Origin: Hydrolagus affinis
Taxonomy: Eukaryota
Reading direction: 5' to 3'
NCBI GenBank assembly: GCA_012026655.1
Contig: JAAILG010000990.1
Coordinates: forward strand, 1-64,000
Length of the DNA: 64,000 nucleotides
Shown piece after piece: positions 40,248 through 63,391 of this stretch. The translations under genes were made by a program, and so were the position numbers. The number at the start of each line of letters is the position of its first letter. Position 1 is the stretch's first letter. Below the pieces are notes generated by a model. That model was not told the DNA's origin. It worked only from the letters and a program-made list of their open reading frames with translations, and made no database searches.

Positions 40248-43200
40248 TACAATATATACACAGTACAATGAGTGTTCAATTGAAACAAGAGTGTAACACT
40301 GATTGTAATGCACTCTTTACAAACAAAAATCATCCATACTACCATCCTTTCAGTTAACGGTATAGAACTATACATACAAGGTCAATGTTACATAATGTCA
40401 AGAAAAAACATACATGAAAGGATCCTATCCTCAGTAACTCAAAAGGTGTGCTAAAGACAGCATTCATGCTTCACAAGATTCTCTTTAAAACATGCTTGCA
40501 CTGATACAAATATTTTGAGTGAATTATGTGAGCAATATGAATTCACAAGTTTTTTAGTTTAGGCCTGGTGATTGTCCTGTGGGAACATAGACTCCAGTGG
40601 CACTGGTAATTTACCATTCACTCTAAATGCTCTTTGTAACATTTCCTCAAGAGAATTAAAGCAGCCATCATGAGAATGATGGCATTTAATTTTTTTTGTA
40701 AAAAAAGCTGTTATGTGTTTTGTGTTTCAGTAAATTCTAAAAATATGTTGACCTTTGTTAACTGTCATGTATTCTTAATTACATTGGCTTCAGATGACAT
40801 GCGATTTATATGGCAAAATAACAGGTTCTCTTTAACAGCAATTATCAGCAATCCAGATCGTATGATTGCTCAGTCACTCTTTACAAACATTGTGCAAGGC
40901 CATTCACTGCTATGGCCGAAGTATGCCATTTTTAAACATAAATTTTTTCATGTTACACAAGTTACATTTAATAAAGTAAATACAGAGCACTGAGCAAAGC
41001 TCCTTCTACTATTAAATCAGCAGAAGTTCTTAAAACTGCTATTGTTTTACTTTTTATTTACTGACTCTGATTCAATGCCATTAACTCTTCTCATTAGGAC
41101 TTCATGGAACAATATTATTGTTTAAATATTGACATATATATACACATTATCCAAACCAGTGGAAGATTATATACATTGATATTTACACTGTCATAAATAT
41201 GTTAAGTTATACTGATTTCCCCCAGGTCTATAAATATTTGATGACAATAGCAAATTAAAAAAACAACCGGACCACAGAAGGTTGAATGGTCATAGGAAGC
41301 ACAATATATAAAGTTTCCTTCAAGTAAAACAGGTAAACACCAGGTGACACCAGGATATTACTATAACACTGTGAGGCAAAACATCAGTAGGATGAAATAT
41401 CACCACCACGTGGAGAGCAAATGATGGTGCTAAACTTTTAAAATGATCTAAGTAAGCAGACTGATTAATTAAATCCTCGATTTATGGTTCCTTGTTCCAC
41501 TTTTACCTGTAATACTTTTTTTTAATAGATACCTGTAAATGTTAAGTATCAAACTGGCAGCAGGTTCCATTGTAATTTTACACAAACCTGTCTCATGTTG
41601 GCTTCCAGAAATTGAATGAATGCTGTGGGAGAAGGAATCATTAAAATTCACAGCTTAATGCAGTATAACTGCTTTAGAATTAGCTGCACCTATGATAAAT
41701 TGCAAAGACAATAAAAGGGATACAAAGGGAATACCTCAATTAGAGAGCTAGGTTTTTCTTGAGTTTTTAATTTTTGAATAATCTTTTAATGATAATAATA
41801 ATAATAAATGTACCATATTGTTTATTCCAATCGCACAAATTTAACGTCAATTGCTTTTTCAATTGTTTTCAGATAAATTGTGACATTGAAGGGACAATGT
41901 AGGGCTACCATCAAGGGATTTTTTTCTGCAGGCACTGCCATTTGGACACTTTGCAATGGCTTCAATGTATGAAATGCACCTATGACATGTATTAAGAAGT
42001 AATAAAATGGCAACACCTGTGCCATATGTTCTTAAACTGTTGACTAGAGCTAGACAGACTAGCAGGTACCCAATATTCAATAATACACTACAAAGTGATA
42101 TGAATTGCTGTTAGATATGAATAACTGTGCAGTCTGCAATTAACATACAATACAAAATGTATTCAAAGTTATTTAAAATAGCTCATTAATTAAGAAATGG
42201 GTTCCTGATGTTGTTTTATTCAGTTATTAATTATCCCTAAAAACAGTATGGTGCAACAAGAAAATGCAGCTTTGCAAAAATACCCTCAAGATACTATGAT
42301 AGTGATATCCCCCTTCTAACTACTGACTTTGGCAATATACACTTACAATGGGATCTTCCCATAAGAGGTACACATTATTGAAGTTAGTGCACATATCACC
42401 ATACAGAACATCACCCACTTGTTTCTTGACAAGTCACAACCTCCACACTGTCATACACCCTAAAGCATAGTGTCTGTGATTAGGTTACGACAGAACCTTA
42501 AAGTACTTCTTGGCAAAAGTTGGGTTCTTTGCAAGAAACAACCTTTGATTGGGTGTTCTCTAACTCTATCAAGGTTTTAATGTCATAAACAATACATTCT
42601 GAACTGAAGTAAACACAACTCTCAACTAAAAATTCTAATTACTGCCATGAAATTGAAATACTCTAGTTAAAATATCATAAAATATCAAAAAAGATTACTT
42701 AAAGATTAAGTGGAACTCTTAATCTATCAATATACAGTAAATCAACTATTTAGGCACATCTACAGGAATTTAGATCAATTTTATACAAAAGAACCCAGAA
42801 GCCCACGTTTTTGACGTGTCTGTAATATTTTGGACTGCCAATAATCTGGCTTTATAAATACATACTGTACACATTCCCCACCCCGCCCACCGTCTCCAAA
42901 AACAAATTCCTCTAGGAACAATATTATTTTTACTGCTCACAGCCTACATAATGGTTATAATACATAATCTGCTTATGGAAAGCAGTCTTTGGAAAGTAAC
43001 ACGTATTTTCTGGGAAGGCAACCAACATAATGGGAGTTACCATGTGCCGTTTGTTAGCAGCAGCAGCATTATCTACGCTGTGTATTTGTAAAGGGAGATC
43101 CCATTTTAAGTATGCAACAAAAAAATTGCCACTACGCATTACAACCCTTGAAGTCTGTCTTCCTGAATCACTGAAAACGTGAAGAAAACAAACAAAAAAT

Positions 43201-43282
43201 TGTTATTTTTGTTCTTTGCCAGAACGATTCGTGAACAACACAGCTCCTGTTGGCTCACTACGTGCCTCGTCTCTAAGAGGGC

Positions 43283-54246
<10,964 letters not shown>

Positions 54247-55210
54247 GGTATCGACAAAACTCTTTCCAAGAAAAGGATTCCTGATTTCTATTCGGTTCAC
54301 GTTGTTGTTGTTGTGTGTGTGTGTGTGTGTCTAGTCTGTCCTCTTTCTGAGCCTTGCTTCCTTGTGCTGTGATCCTAAGGAAATAGTCAAACATCAATAC
54401 CCCAGCAGCCAGGCAGGCACAACATCCTCATATCTTGTTCTCACATGACCACCAATGACTCACATACCAGAGAGGAAAAATACTGGGAGAGTCTGATACC
54501 AGAAAGCCTCTCACTCAACAGCACCACACCGATGCAAAGCATCCTCAGCATCAAGGCAAGACAGAGGCCATAGTCACACACAGAAACAAGCCCTGGAACA
54601 TATTTACACCGCAAACCGTATCAATCAATCCTTTCTCTGAAATAAAACAGTTGCTAGCAAACCGAGACCCATTGATCAAATGTAGCCAGTGCTCATTTAC
54701 ACCAGCTCCCTCCCTCTTCTATTTGAATTCAGTACTGTGTGTGTGTGTATGTATGTATGTGTGTGTGGTATGGCATTCTTTGTTCTGGATTTTTTAAAAA
54801 TGATTGTCTCGTAAGTCGTTCAGGAAAACCAAAGTCACTGCGATCCAAAAAGAGAAATCTAAATTCTCTCACGCCCTTCCCTCCCTCCCTCCTTTTGAAT
54901 GGAGAATCTGTGCCTGACACTCAGCGGATGGCGATGGACTGAATCACACACCTACCGACATTCTTCTGCATCAAGCGATAATCAGTTTAAATCGTTTAGG
55001 TTAAATTAAAAAAAAACGGGTACTTTCAAAAATGCACATTTTAGAAAAAAGCACGTGTTTTTACTACAAATGCGATAGTTTACAAATCGTATATATATAT
55101 ATTTTTTTAAAAATAAATAAATAAACAAGGAAACACAAAAGGATCGTGGTGGACGTGAAATTATATTGGGGTTTTTTTTTAAATGGAAACGAAACACGAG
55201 TAAATGTCCC

Positions 55211-55240
55211 TGATGCTCATTGCATCATCTTCCTCTTTCC
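55211..55240 (-). promoter_or_regulatory. SLC38A2: Amino acid response element (CARE, TGATGCAAT at 55219-55227) in SLC38A2 intron 1, with adjacent purine-rich box
   Basis: Minus strand reads GGAAAGAGGAAGA-TGATGCAAT-GAGCATCA. Mammalian SNAT2 has an intron-1 AARE with this core. Confidence 0.75.
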
Positions 55241-55392
55241 AGCTACAGATACAAAGGGTTGTTACACTCTCACTCCTGCAATCACAACCGACAGACATTT
55301 AACAAGAAAACCCACCGCGACTTACACCCAGGGCTACAGGGCGCAATACTAACATACAGTGTGAATACACAATAGATTGCACAGATTGTTAC

Positions 55393-55815
55393 CTCTCTCT
55401 CCCCTTCTCTCCAGGCGCTGGTCCTCTCGACGAACAATGTGATTGTTTCGATATGTTAAATCCTAACTTGTAATTCGGATCCAGTCGGAATGGGAATCGG
55501 GCTGGCGGTGGGCGGCGGGCGGTGGGGTAGCGGGGACGGGCAGTAAAGATTGTTTAACTGATCCGAGATTTAAAAAAAAATGATTATTTTGGGTTGGGAG
55601 GGAAGAAATGGCTAAATTCACTTTCAATCCAATTTGAAAGACCTGGTCGGTTGAAGATCAGATTCCAGTAAATGTAGACTATATATATATATATATATAT
55701 ATAATGATTGGTATAATCCACTGAACAGGAATTGAGAATAGCTATTTTTTGTTGTGTGTCTATTTGGTGTTGATGTACCGACACGATCCGCCCGTCGGTC
55801 CTGTGTGTGATTGAA
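55393..55815 (-). other. SLC38A2: Probable non-coding exon 1 of SLC38A2
   Basis: Donor GAG|gtaac at 55393/55392 (alternative gtaag donor at 55325). CpG-rich, and lies just downstream of the TATA box. Confidence 0.5.
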
Positions 55816-55899
55816 TGGTGGGGCTGAGAGTCAACGTTTATAAGAAGTGCTGACCCTCGGTCTAAAGGGAGGGGACAGACTAAACCATCCCACCATTGG
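55813..55899 (-). promoter_or_regulatory. SLC38A2: SLC38A2 core promoter: CCAAT (55895-55899), TATAAA (55837-55842), Inr-like sequence near 55815
   Basis: Canonical order and spacing on the minus strand. Confidence 0.55.
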
Positions 55900-56082
55900 C
55901 CACACGGCAAACTGACTCCCTCCTCCCTTACCATCCCACTTTGGATTCTGAATTAAACCACACACACACATATATATATATATATATTTATTTGCAATGT
56001 TTGTAAACAAAGCCTGGATGGAAATAGAATATAAACACTGCGTTGGGAAGCATCGCGAGTTGAGTTTTTAATATATGTGTGT

Positions 56083-56182
56083 NNNNNNNNNNNNNNNNNN
56101 NNNNNNNNNNNNNNNNNNNNNNNNNNNNNNNNNNNNNNNNNNNNNNNNNNNNNNNNNNNNNNNNNNNNNNNNNNNNNNNNNN
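56083..56182. other. Assembly gap (100 N)
   Basis: N run between a (TG) stretch and a C run. Confidence 1.
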
Positions 56183-58620
56183 CCCCCTCCACCAAAAAAA
56201 ATCTAAGCCGGTTAATAATGCACCTGATGTTATTTAATGTGCTCGCTTTGGGTGCACGAGGAACACGAGAGGAGAGGAGCTTTGGCAAATAGCAACCAGG
56301 CTTTGACTCGACGTTGCAAAAGTTTGACATCCGAGATAAACCCGACAGACCCAAAGTCTCTCGCGATTGATTGGGCGCCAAACTGAGTCTAACCAGACAG
56401 GGAAACAATGCAATATTTTTTTTTGCAGAAAATCATTGTGTCCCGTGTAACAAGTCCCTTCCCCCCCACCCCCCCCCCCTCCCTCCCTCTCCCTTCCCTC
56501 CCACCATCAACACACAGTCAACACATTTAGGGAAAATAGGGAAACACTGTGATAGAAATAAATGCTTGCTGCAACGTTACGTGTAATGCATATATAGATA
56601 TACATTCTATATATATATGTATATATACACACAGTATATGTTTGGATGAAGTGCTGAGTTGATATTGATTGAGTTATTCCTGCTTGCTCTGGTCTTTTGT
56701 TTATTTTGATTTTGCCCTGCCTTACCCTCTCTTCTCTTCCCCCTCCCCTCCAGACCCACCCACTCATTCCACCAAACCCAAGCCTTCAAACTGCCGATTG
56801 GCTCCACGCCGTTTGAGTGAATGTCTCTGTAGTAATCCGACTGACTCTCAAAGGTGTGGCTTGTGTGTTATCATGTGACTGAATTCAAAGGCGAGTCATT
56901 TCCTCTGGAACAAATTCTGCGTCATTCTGCCCACATCCCCAACCCCCCACCAACAACTTCCCCCACTCCCTCTCACTAATTTATAAACTTCAACTCAAGG
57001 GACATTACCCAGGCAAGGTTTAGATACTGATACGCCTGGTGATGATGGATTTCCACATATGTTTCTGGCTGATCCCCATAAAACATTACTGAATTACGCA
57101 AGAATCATAAAGCTTTATTTACACACAATATACAATGGCACAATTCAAATTGATATCTATGTAGCACCTGTCATGTCAAGAGGATGTCTCAAGGTGCTTA
57201 ACGATACTAGCCATGTACCTGGCCTGGTGGTATCCCGAAGGGGGAAGGGAAGGGGAAAGATAACCAAAGTCCTCTGAGTGGGAAAGGAGCTATATAAATA
57301 CAATCTGTCATTGTCATCTTGAGAAGGACCTCGAACAGGGTGAAGGAGGGAGTGAATCGGGGGGGATCGGCCAGTGGCAGAAGTAATTGGAGGTGGGGGT
57401 GGGGGAGATGGACTACCCTCTGGTGGCCCTTTGGTACATGTTCAGTGCCTCTGTTCACTCTCTGTGCTGCCTCTTTTCGTACTGCCTCGAATATTCGTCT
57501 CTCATATGCTTCCCGTCACTCTGCACTGCTGGTGTTGTACGAGGCAGCATGGAGAGTGACAGGAAAAGACCATAGAGTGGGAGGTATGAAGCAGCACACA
57601 GAGTGACAGGGTGAGAGTTGGAGCAGGAGATACGAGACAGAGTGGAGAGTGATGGGAAGATGATGCCACTAGTGGCCCTATCGCCATTGAAAAACCTGGC
57701 TCCGCCACTGGACAAAGAGATGGAGTCTCACAGAGTGGAAGCAGAAAGGCTGAAATCCTTTAGCCAGTTTACTTACTGTAACCACGGTGCTGAATGTTTC
57801 GCTAAAACCCCTTCATGGATTTGTATGTACACTTAAACTGTCCTCAAGGAATGTTCTGATCCAACGGAATGAGCTAGAAACTGATTTAAACATAGTTTTA
57901 AGATAAATCACAACAAATGTAACCGACTCAAGGTCCCTACAATTTTGCGCCAAACTGATATTAACTAGTTTTTTTTTAAAAAGAGTGGACCATCATTTTT
58001 TTAAGAGAAATGTATCGAAATGAAACAATCTGAGTGAACAACCCCAATGACAAATATCCTCTTTCCGTCAAAACACATTTTATATTAAAAAAACTTACAT
58101 TTCATATTTGAAACATTACCATGCAAAAAAAATGAATTGGAAGAGCTACCAAGTAGAAGGATTATTATGTTACTTTTGCTGCAAACTTTCCTATTAATTA
58201 AACAATATAATATAATATACAATAATATAATGGCAGCTTCTTCGTGCCAGACAACTCAACAGGTGTGGTCATTTGAATATTTCCTTTCTTGTACATGAGA
58301 GCATTGTGTAAGAATTGTGCTTGGGAGGTAGCATTTTAATTGTACTTTACACTAGATCTTAAGAGCTACAATACAGTAGTTGGAAGAGGTCCAGTGTTTT
58401 CCTCCCCACAGTGAGAAATAATTAGAAAAAGAATTACCCGTAAATTTTCTGATATCCTCAATGTACCGACACTGGGTTTCACATCGTTATTTGCACAGAA
58501 CAGACAACAAATCAGTTACTGGCAAGAGGCATTAGTGTGAGTCTTTAAGAGGAAGTTGCACCATCAAACCTAATGTTTAGAACTTTCTATTCATAGTGAG
58601 TTACACCCCTTAATGTTGCA

Positions 58621-59002
58621 TTGGAGTCCTATAGCTCAATGGTTAGAGCTCTCGCCTTTCAAGTGGGAGACATGTGTTCGAATCCAGGCAGCTCAAGGGG
58701 AAACCTTGGGCAAGTTTCCTTACTCCACATGCCTAATGATAATCCCTCCAAAAACAACCACAATAATATAATTGGTCATTTCAATCCATGACTGTTTGTG
58801 GGACCCTGCTGTGCGCAATTGGCTGCCGTGTTTTGCCCACAAATCTACAACAACAACTTTGATTTTTTTAGCGCCCTCCACGCCGGGTGGCATCTCAAAG
58901 TGCTTAAATACAGTCAATTCACTTCACAGTATATTCTATGAGGTGCTTTGAGACGTCTAGAAGAAAAGCATTACATTTAAATTCAAGGATTATTATTATT
59001 AT
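58621..59002 (+). mobile_element. Full-length tRNA-head SINE carrying a nested antisense L2-tail insert (~58845-58905)
   Basis: A box TAGCTCAATGG, B box GTTCGAATCC, Deu-like core, and a (TTA)n tail that abuts the LTR. Confidence 0.88.
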
Positions 59003-59587
59003 TGTTGAGTTACATGGAGATGTTCGCATTTCGAAAGATGCAAGGGCAGTTAATGGTGATAGTAAGAATGTTAAAATAAGGTGCTATTTGGAAACAACAA
59101 CTTCAATTTAAAGACTGGACAAAAGGCATGGTCAATCACATTAAGCAGATAACAGGAACACCCAAGTCATAACAATATGGACAGCCTTGGGAGAACACAA
59201 AGGAAGAGAGGAAGGGAATAAATACATGTCTGGAGCCTTACCTCTGGAACAGCTTAGTTAGCACATGGGTTTGATCATCTTAACAGCATGCAAAACCGAC
59301 ATGGATGGTCAAACCAGGATGATGCAAAAGGTATAAAAATCGGTGTCCAAAACAAATGAGTTAGATGCACCTCTGAGTGAGTTAGATGCACCTCCAAAAC
59401 AGGCCCGAGGTGGACGAGAGAGAAAAACAACAACAACAACAACAAAACATCCATTTGGTAGTATCGTTCTGTTATTACACTGTGAATAAAGTTTCAATTC
59501 CTGACCGGAATGGTATATTGAGATTGAACCTTATTTTAATAACATGATCCGGACTGTTGGTTACAAACAGCAGTGGCGGATCTAACA
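59003..59587 (+). repeat. 5' LTR
   Basis: Matches 63757-64000 with 14 substitutions over 244 nt plus one 18-nt indel (hand count). AATAAA near 59485. Confidence 0.92.
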
Positions 59588-59590
59588 ATT

Positions 59591-59608
59591 TGGCGTGGTT
59601 GTCAGGAT
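59591..59608 (+). other. Primer binding site, tRNA-Ser-like
   Basis: TGGCGTGGTTGTCAGGAT matches TGGCGTAGTCGGCAGGAT (complement of the tRNA-Ser 3' end) at 15/18 positions. Confidence 0.7.
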
Positions 59609-59820
59609 CTCAATTTGGGTTGAAACTTTCGTAATAAGATTAGAACCTAGTATGATAGTTACCGGAAGTAACAGGGACTACTAGTTATATTACTGTGTTA
59701 TAACACATTGGAACCTAGTACAATAGTTACTGGAAGTAACACGGACTAGTAGCTATATTGTTGTATCATAATATAAATTGGATTAATAATTGCCAGTAGT
59801 AATGTAATCGGGTCATAAGT

Positions 59821-61280
59821 ATGTCAGAAAGAGGAGAGGAAAAAAAAATAGATACCGCACAAAGCCTAAAGTGGGTAACTGACTGGGAGTCAAAAGCGCA
59901 TAAAGTTCATAAAGACAGTAAATGTAAGGAGGTGTTGTGGCAGTTATTGGCGTGTGAACTTGAGGGACACCAAGAGGTGTGTAGAAAGATACAGTACGAG
60001 ACTGAGAAGAGAGGGATGAAGGACAAGAAAAAGAAGGCTATTTTGAAAAAATGGTTAGTATTACAGGCCAGGAAAGATCAGGAGATGATAAACAACCTTA
60101 AGGGTCAGCTACAAGGAAGTGTCCGGTTAAACCAAGATAGGAAGATGGAGATGTATGTTCAGGGAAAGAAGCACCAGAAAATAGAACAAGAGTTAACACA
60201 GCGAGTGAGTATTACCAGAGCAGGGCACAGGTATTAGCGGGAACAATGAACGGGCTCGTCCTCCAGGCAACTATCTCCCAACAAGCAAGAGAAGAGTTAG
60301 AGCAGTTGAAAAAGGAAAACCAACTCCTTGAGTGGGAGATTAAATAGTTAAAACAAAGGGTCGGTGATCTCTAGGGAGCTTTGAGAGTGACCCGGAAGGA
60401 GAAAAAAGGCAGTGATATAGATCATGGACCATGTAAAGCGGAGAGAGACAGATTAATCGAGTGCTTGCGACAGAAAAGGGAGTTTGTATGTGCAGTAAAC
60501 AGGGATGACTCTGATTGGGATTAGTTTAACAATAAAGTGGCTAAATATCATGATGATGATCCTTATAATAATGTCTGTGTTGTAACCGAAACAACCAGAT
60601 TTGGTCCTACTCCGGCTGGAGGGGCTCCCAAATCAGTAGAAGGAATTAACAAATCTTGCCCCTAGCGCCCCTAGCGCCCCTAGTGGGAGAGAAAAAAGCA
60701 GTATAAGGATGAACTAGGATGTCCTTTGCGACTACATACCACATACTACATACTACATAAGAAATGTTTTATGGGAAAATTAACACCCGCCTTAAGAAAT
60801 TCACTGGGATTCGCTCACGAAACCCATGTTCCATGGGATCCCACCATAGTGGCGCTCAGTAGAGCTTTTCTGGCTTTGCAAGCTGAACCAAGAACAGAGG
60901 TTAATGAGGATGTGTGTATTGTGGAAGGACCTAATCTCCGAAGTAGTGGGAAAGATGAGATTTACCAACAAGGTGCGGGCCCTGGGTGAATAGGAAATTG
61001 TTTCTTGTGTGGACAGGCTGGACACTGGACAGGCGATAGAACATGTCCAAACTATAAACCTGAGCATAATCAGTCTAGAGGGCCAGGTCGACAGTGGACC
61101 AGGTACCACGCAGGTTCCCCCCAAAATACCGACCCTAGATCCGATCATGAAATTGAGGAAATAGCTCGCCGGGTTAGCCAATTTATGCAAAACACACCAT
61201 CAGGTCCGATTGCTTCCGCTCCTGTTGCTTCAGTGGAGGGGAATGCACCTGCCTACCCACCCAACTCGCCGTCCTTATGA
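59821..61280 (+). pseudogene. gag-like pseudogene: charged coiled-coil-like N-terminus and zinc knuckle CFLCGQAGHWTGDRTC (60999-61046)
   Basis: Fragmented ORFs with stops and frameshifts. Confidence 0.75.
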
Positions 61281-61389
61281 AGGCATGCTGATAGTTGTGA
61301 CACTCACCCAAACTCTGGAAAATGTATTCCCTTTACACGGTCCCTTGTTCCCTGACCCTTTGTCACGGCTACCCTTGCCTCTAGACCAC

Positions 61390-63391
61390 AGAAATTATTG
61401 ATAGATACTAGGTCCACTCAGACTATTATACACACTACCCATTCTGAATCTCACCCCAAATTCTCCAGAGAACGAAAGATGCTATCCGGATTTAGTGGAA
61501 ACAATGTCCCCGCTTGTGTGGGAAAACCTGTTAATTTATCATTCAGCCCTCAAATACAAATTTGTGCTCCCCACCCAATACTAATGAATATGCCTAGCGG
61601 GCACGGACTATTGGGGAGCAAAGAATTACTTGCTAATTTGGCCATGGTCAACTATACCAATCATTGTATTTGGGTAAATAATACTAGAGGAAATTGCTCT
61701 GAGGTGGTTGATATAGTTGACGATGTATTTGCTGTGCATGCTATTAAAAAGTCTGAAGCTTACGCTTACCCCTAAGTCTAACCTACCCTGGGTGCAATCC
61801 CTTATTGATAAGCATGTCGCTGTTTTTGCACAGGGAAAGCATGATTGCGGACATTTAATGGGTGTGGAAGATATCAATGGTCCTACTCACTCGCCATGTA
61901 AACAATATCCCCTACCCATTGATGGTCATTCAGCAATCGCGGCCACTTTAAAGTCATTGCTGCTACAAGGAGTCATCCGCATTCACTACCAACTCGTCAA
62001 TTTGGCCAGTGCGCAAACCTAATGGATCATGGCGGTTGACCATAGATTACCGCAAACCCACATGTGCATCTGTTGTAAGTGAAACAGCTAAAGTCCTAGC
62101 ACTCCTACCACCTGGGACTAAGCTATTTTCTGCCTTAAAATCTAATCTAATGGATTTTGGAATATCCCTCTTAAAATGGAAGATCTATACAAATTTGCAT
62201 TTATTTTTAACGGCAGCAATACACTTGGACTTGTTTACCTCAAGGGTTCCACAACTCCCCCATTATTTTCCACAAACACATGGTTAAAATTTTAAAAGAC
62301 TGTGTTCCCTCACCTACTGGTGCCATTCTGCAGTATGTGGATGATATATTGATAACAGAGGAAGAATATCGAAATCTACTCGCAACAGTCCTACAGAAAT
62401 TACACTCGGCTGGGCTCAAAATTAACCTGCAAAGCTCAGCTGGCAGTTCCTCAGGTAACATTTTTAGGCCTCACCCTTGATTCAACAGGTCGAACACCTG
62501 ACCAACATAAGGTCAGCATTATCCAACATTTGCCTTTGCCCCAGACTAAGAATGCGATCATTTTTGGGACTTGTTGGTTATCAGTGCGTGCTTGTCACTC
62601 AGTTCTACGAAATAGCCAAATGTCTATATGACCTACTTAAAGGCACTAAGGAAGGCTCCATTTGCAGTCAGTGGACAGATACACATACACAAGCTGTGTC
62701 AGACCTGAAACAAGCTGTGATGCAGGCTGTTGCTTTAATATCTCCTGACCTCGAACTGTGTTTCCACTTAGAGGTTGCGACCACGGATATCAGCCTTCCC
62801 GCTGTACTGATGCAAATGTCAGATAGTCATTTACGTCCTATCGCTTTTACATTTCATATTTTAACAGGGGTCGAAAAGCAGTGCTCCCGCATGTTCTTGC
62901 CACCGTGTGGGCAGTTAAACACTTTACCTACATTACCGGCCTCCAGAAGATATTTCTTCACTCGCCACTCACACCATTGACACTACTGTTGAAAACTGGT
63001 GATACGTTAGCCTCCTCACAGAGACCCAGCCACTATGGACTCTCACTATGATGGGAAGAGACATCGAAGCCGTTACCGGGCCACTAACATTGTTGCCTCA
63101 AATGTTGATGTATGAGGGATCGCCTCACATTTGCCCTCTACCACTGATTCAGTTTACAGACCTACTTCTCGCTTTCCTTTAATGGGAACTGTGATTGATG
63201 TCTATATCGATGGTTTCTCATATTACATCGATGGAAAGGCTTATAACTGGATTCAGTTTATGCCAGCCTCACCAAATTATAAAGCCCCTGTGCACCTCGG
63301 GAAGGTCAAAGGACACACAACAGGCGTCCACTATTCAGATGGAAATGCCTTAGCGGATCGAATGGCCAAGCAAGCTGCCACGGACGGGTAA
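61390..63391 (+). pseudogene. pol pseudogene: protease, reverse transcriptase, tether, RNase H
   Basis: LIDTRS (mutated DTG); WPVRKPNGSWRLTIDYRK; YTWTCLPQGFHNSP; LQYVDDILI; RSFLGLVGY; FHLEV..LRPIAF; VYIDG..KVKGH..GNALADRMAKQAA. Confidence 0.9.

Noticed and set aside
55953-56408. 151-aa ORF upstream of SLC38A2
   Set aside because: It reads through the 100-N gap and simple repeats: an artefact.
57319-57836. Cluster of overlapping short ORFs
   Set aside because: Purine-rich, probably repeat-derived sequence with no recognisable domain or splice context.
58623-58692. tRNA-like sequence with A and B boxes (also ~25400-25466, 44670-44736, 5488-5550)
   Set aside because: It continues directly into the SINE core and tail and is multi-copy: a SINE head, not a tRNA gene.
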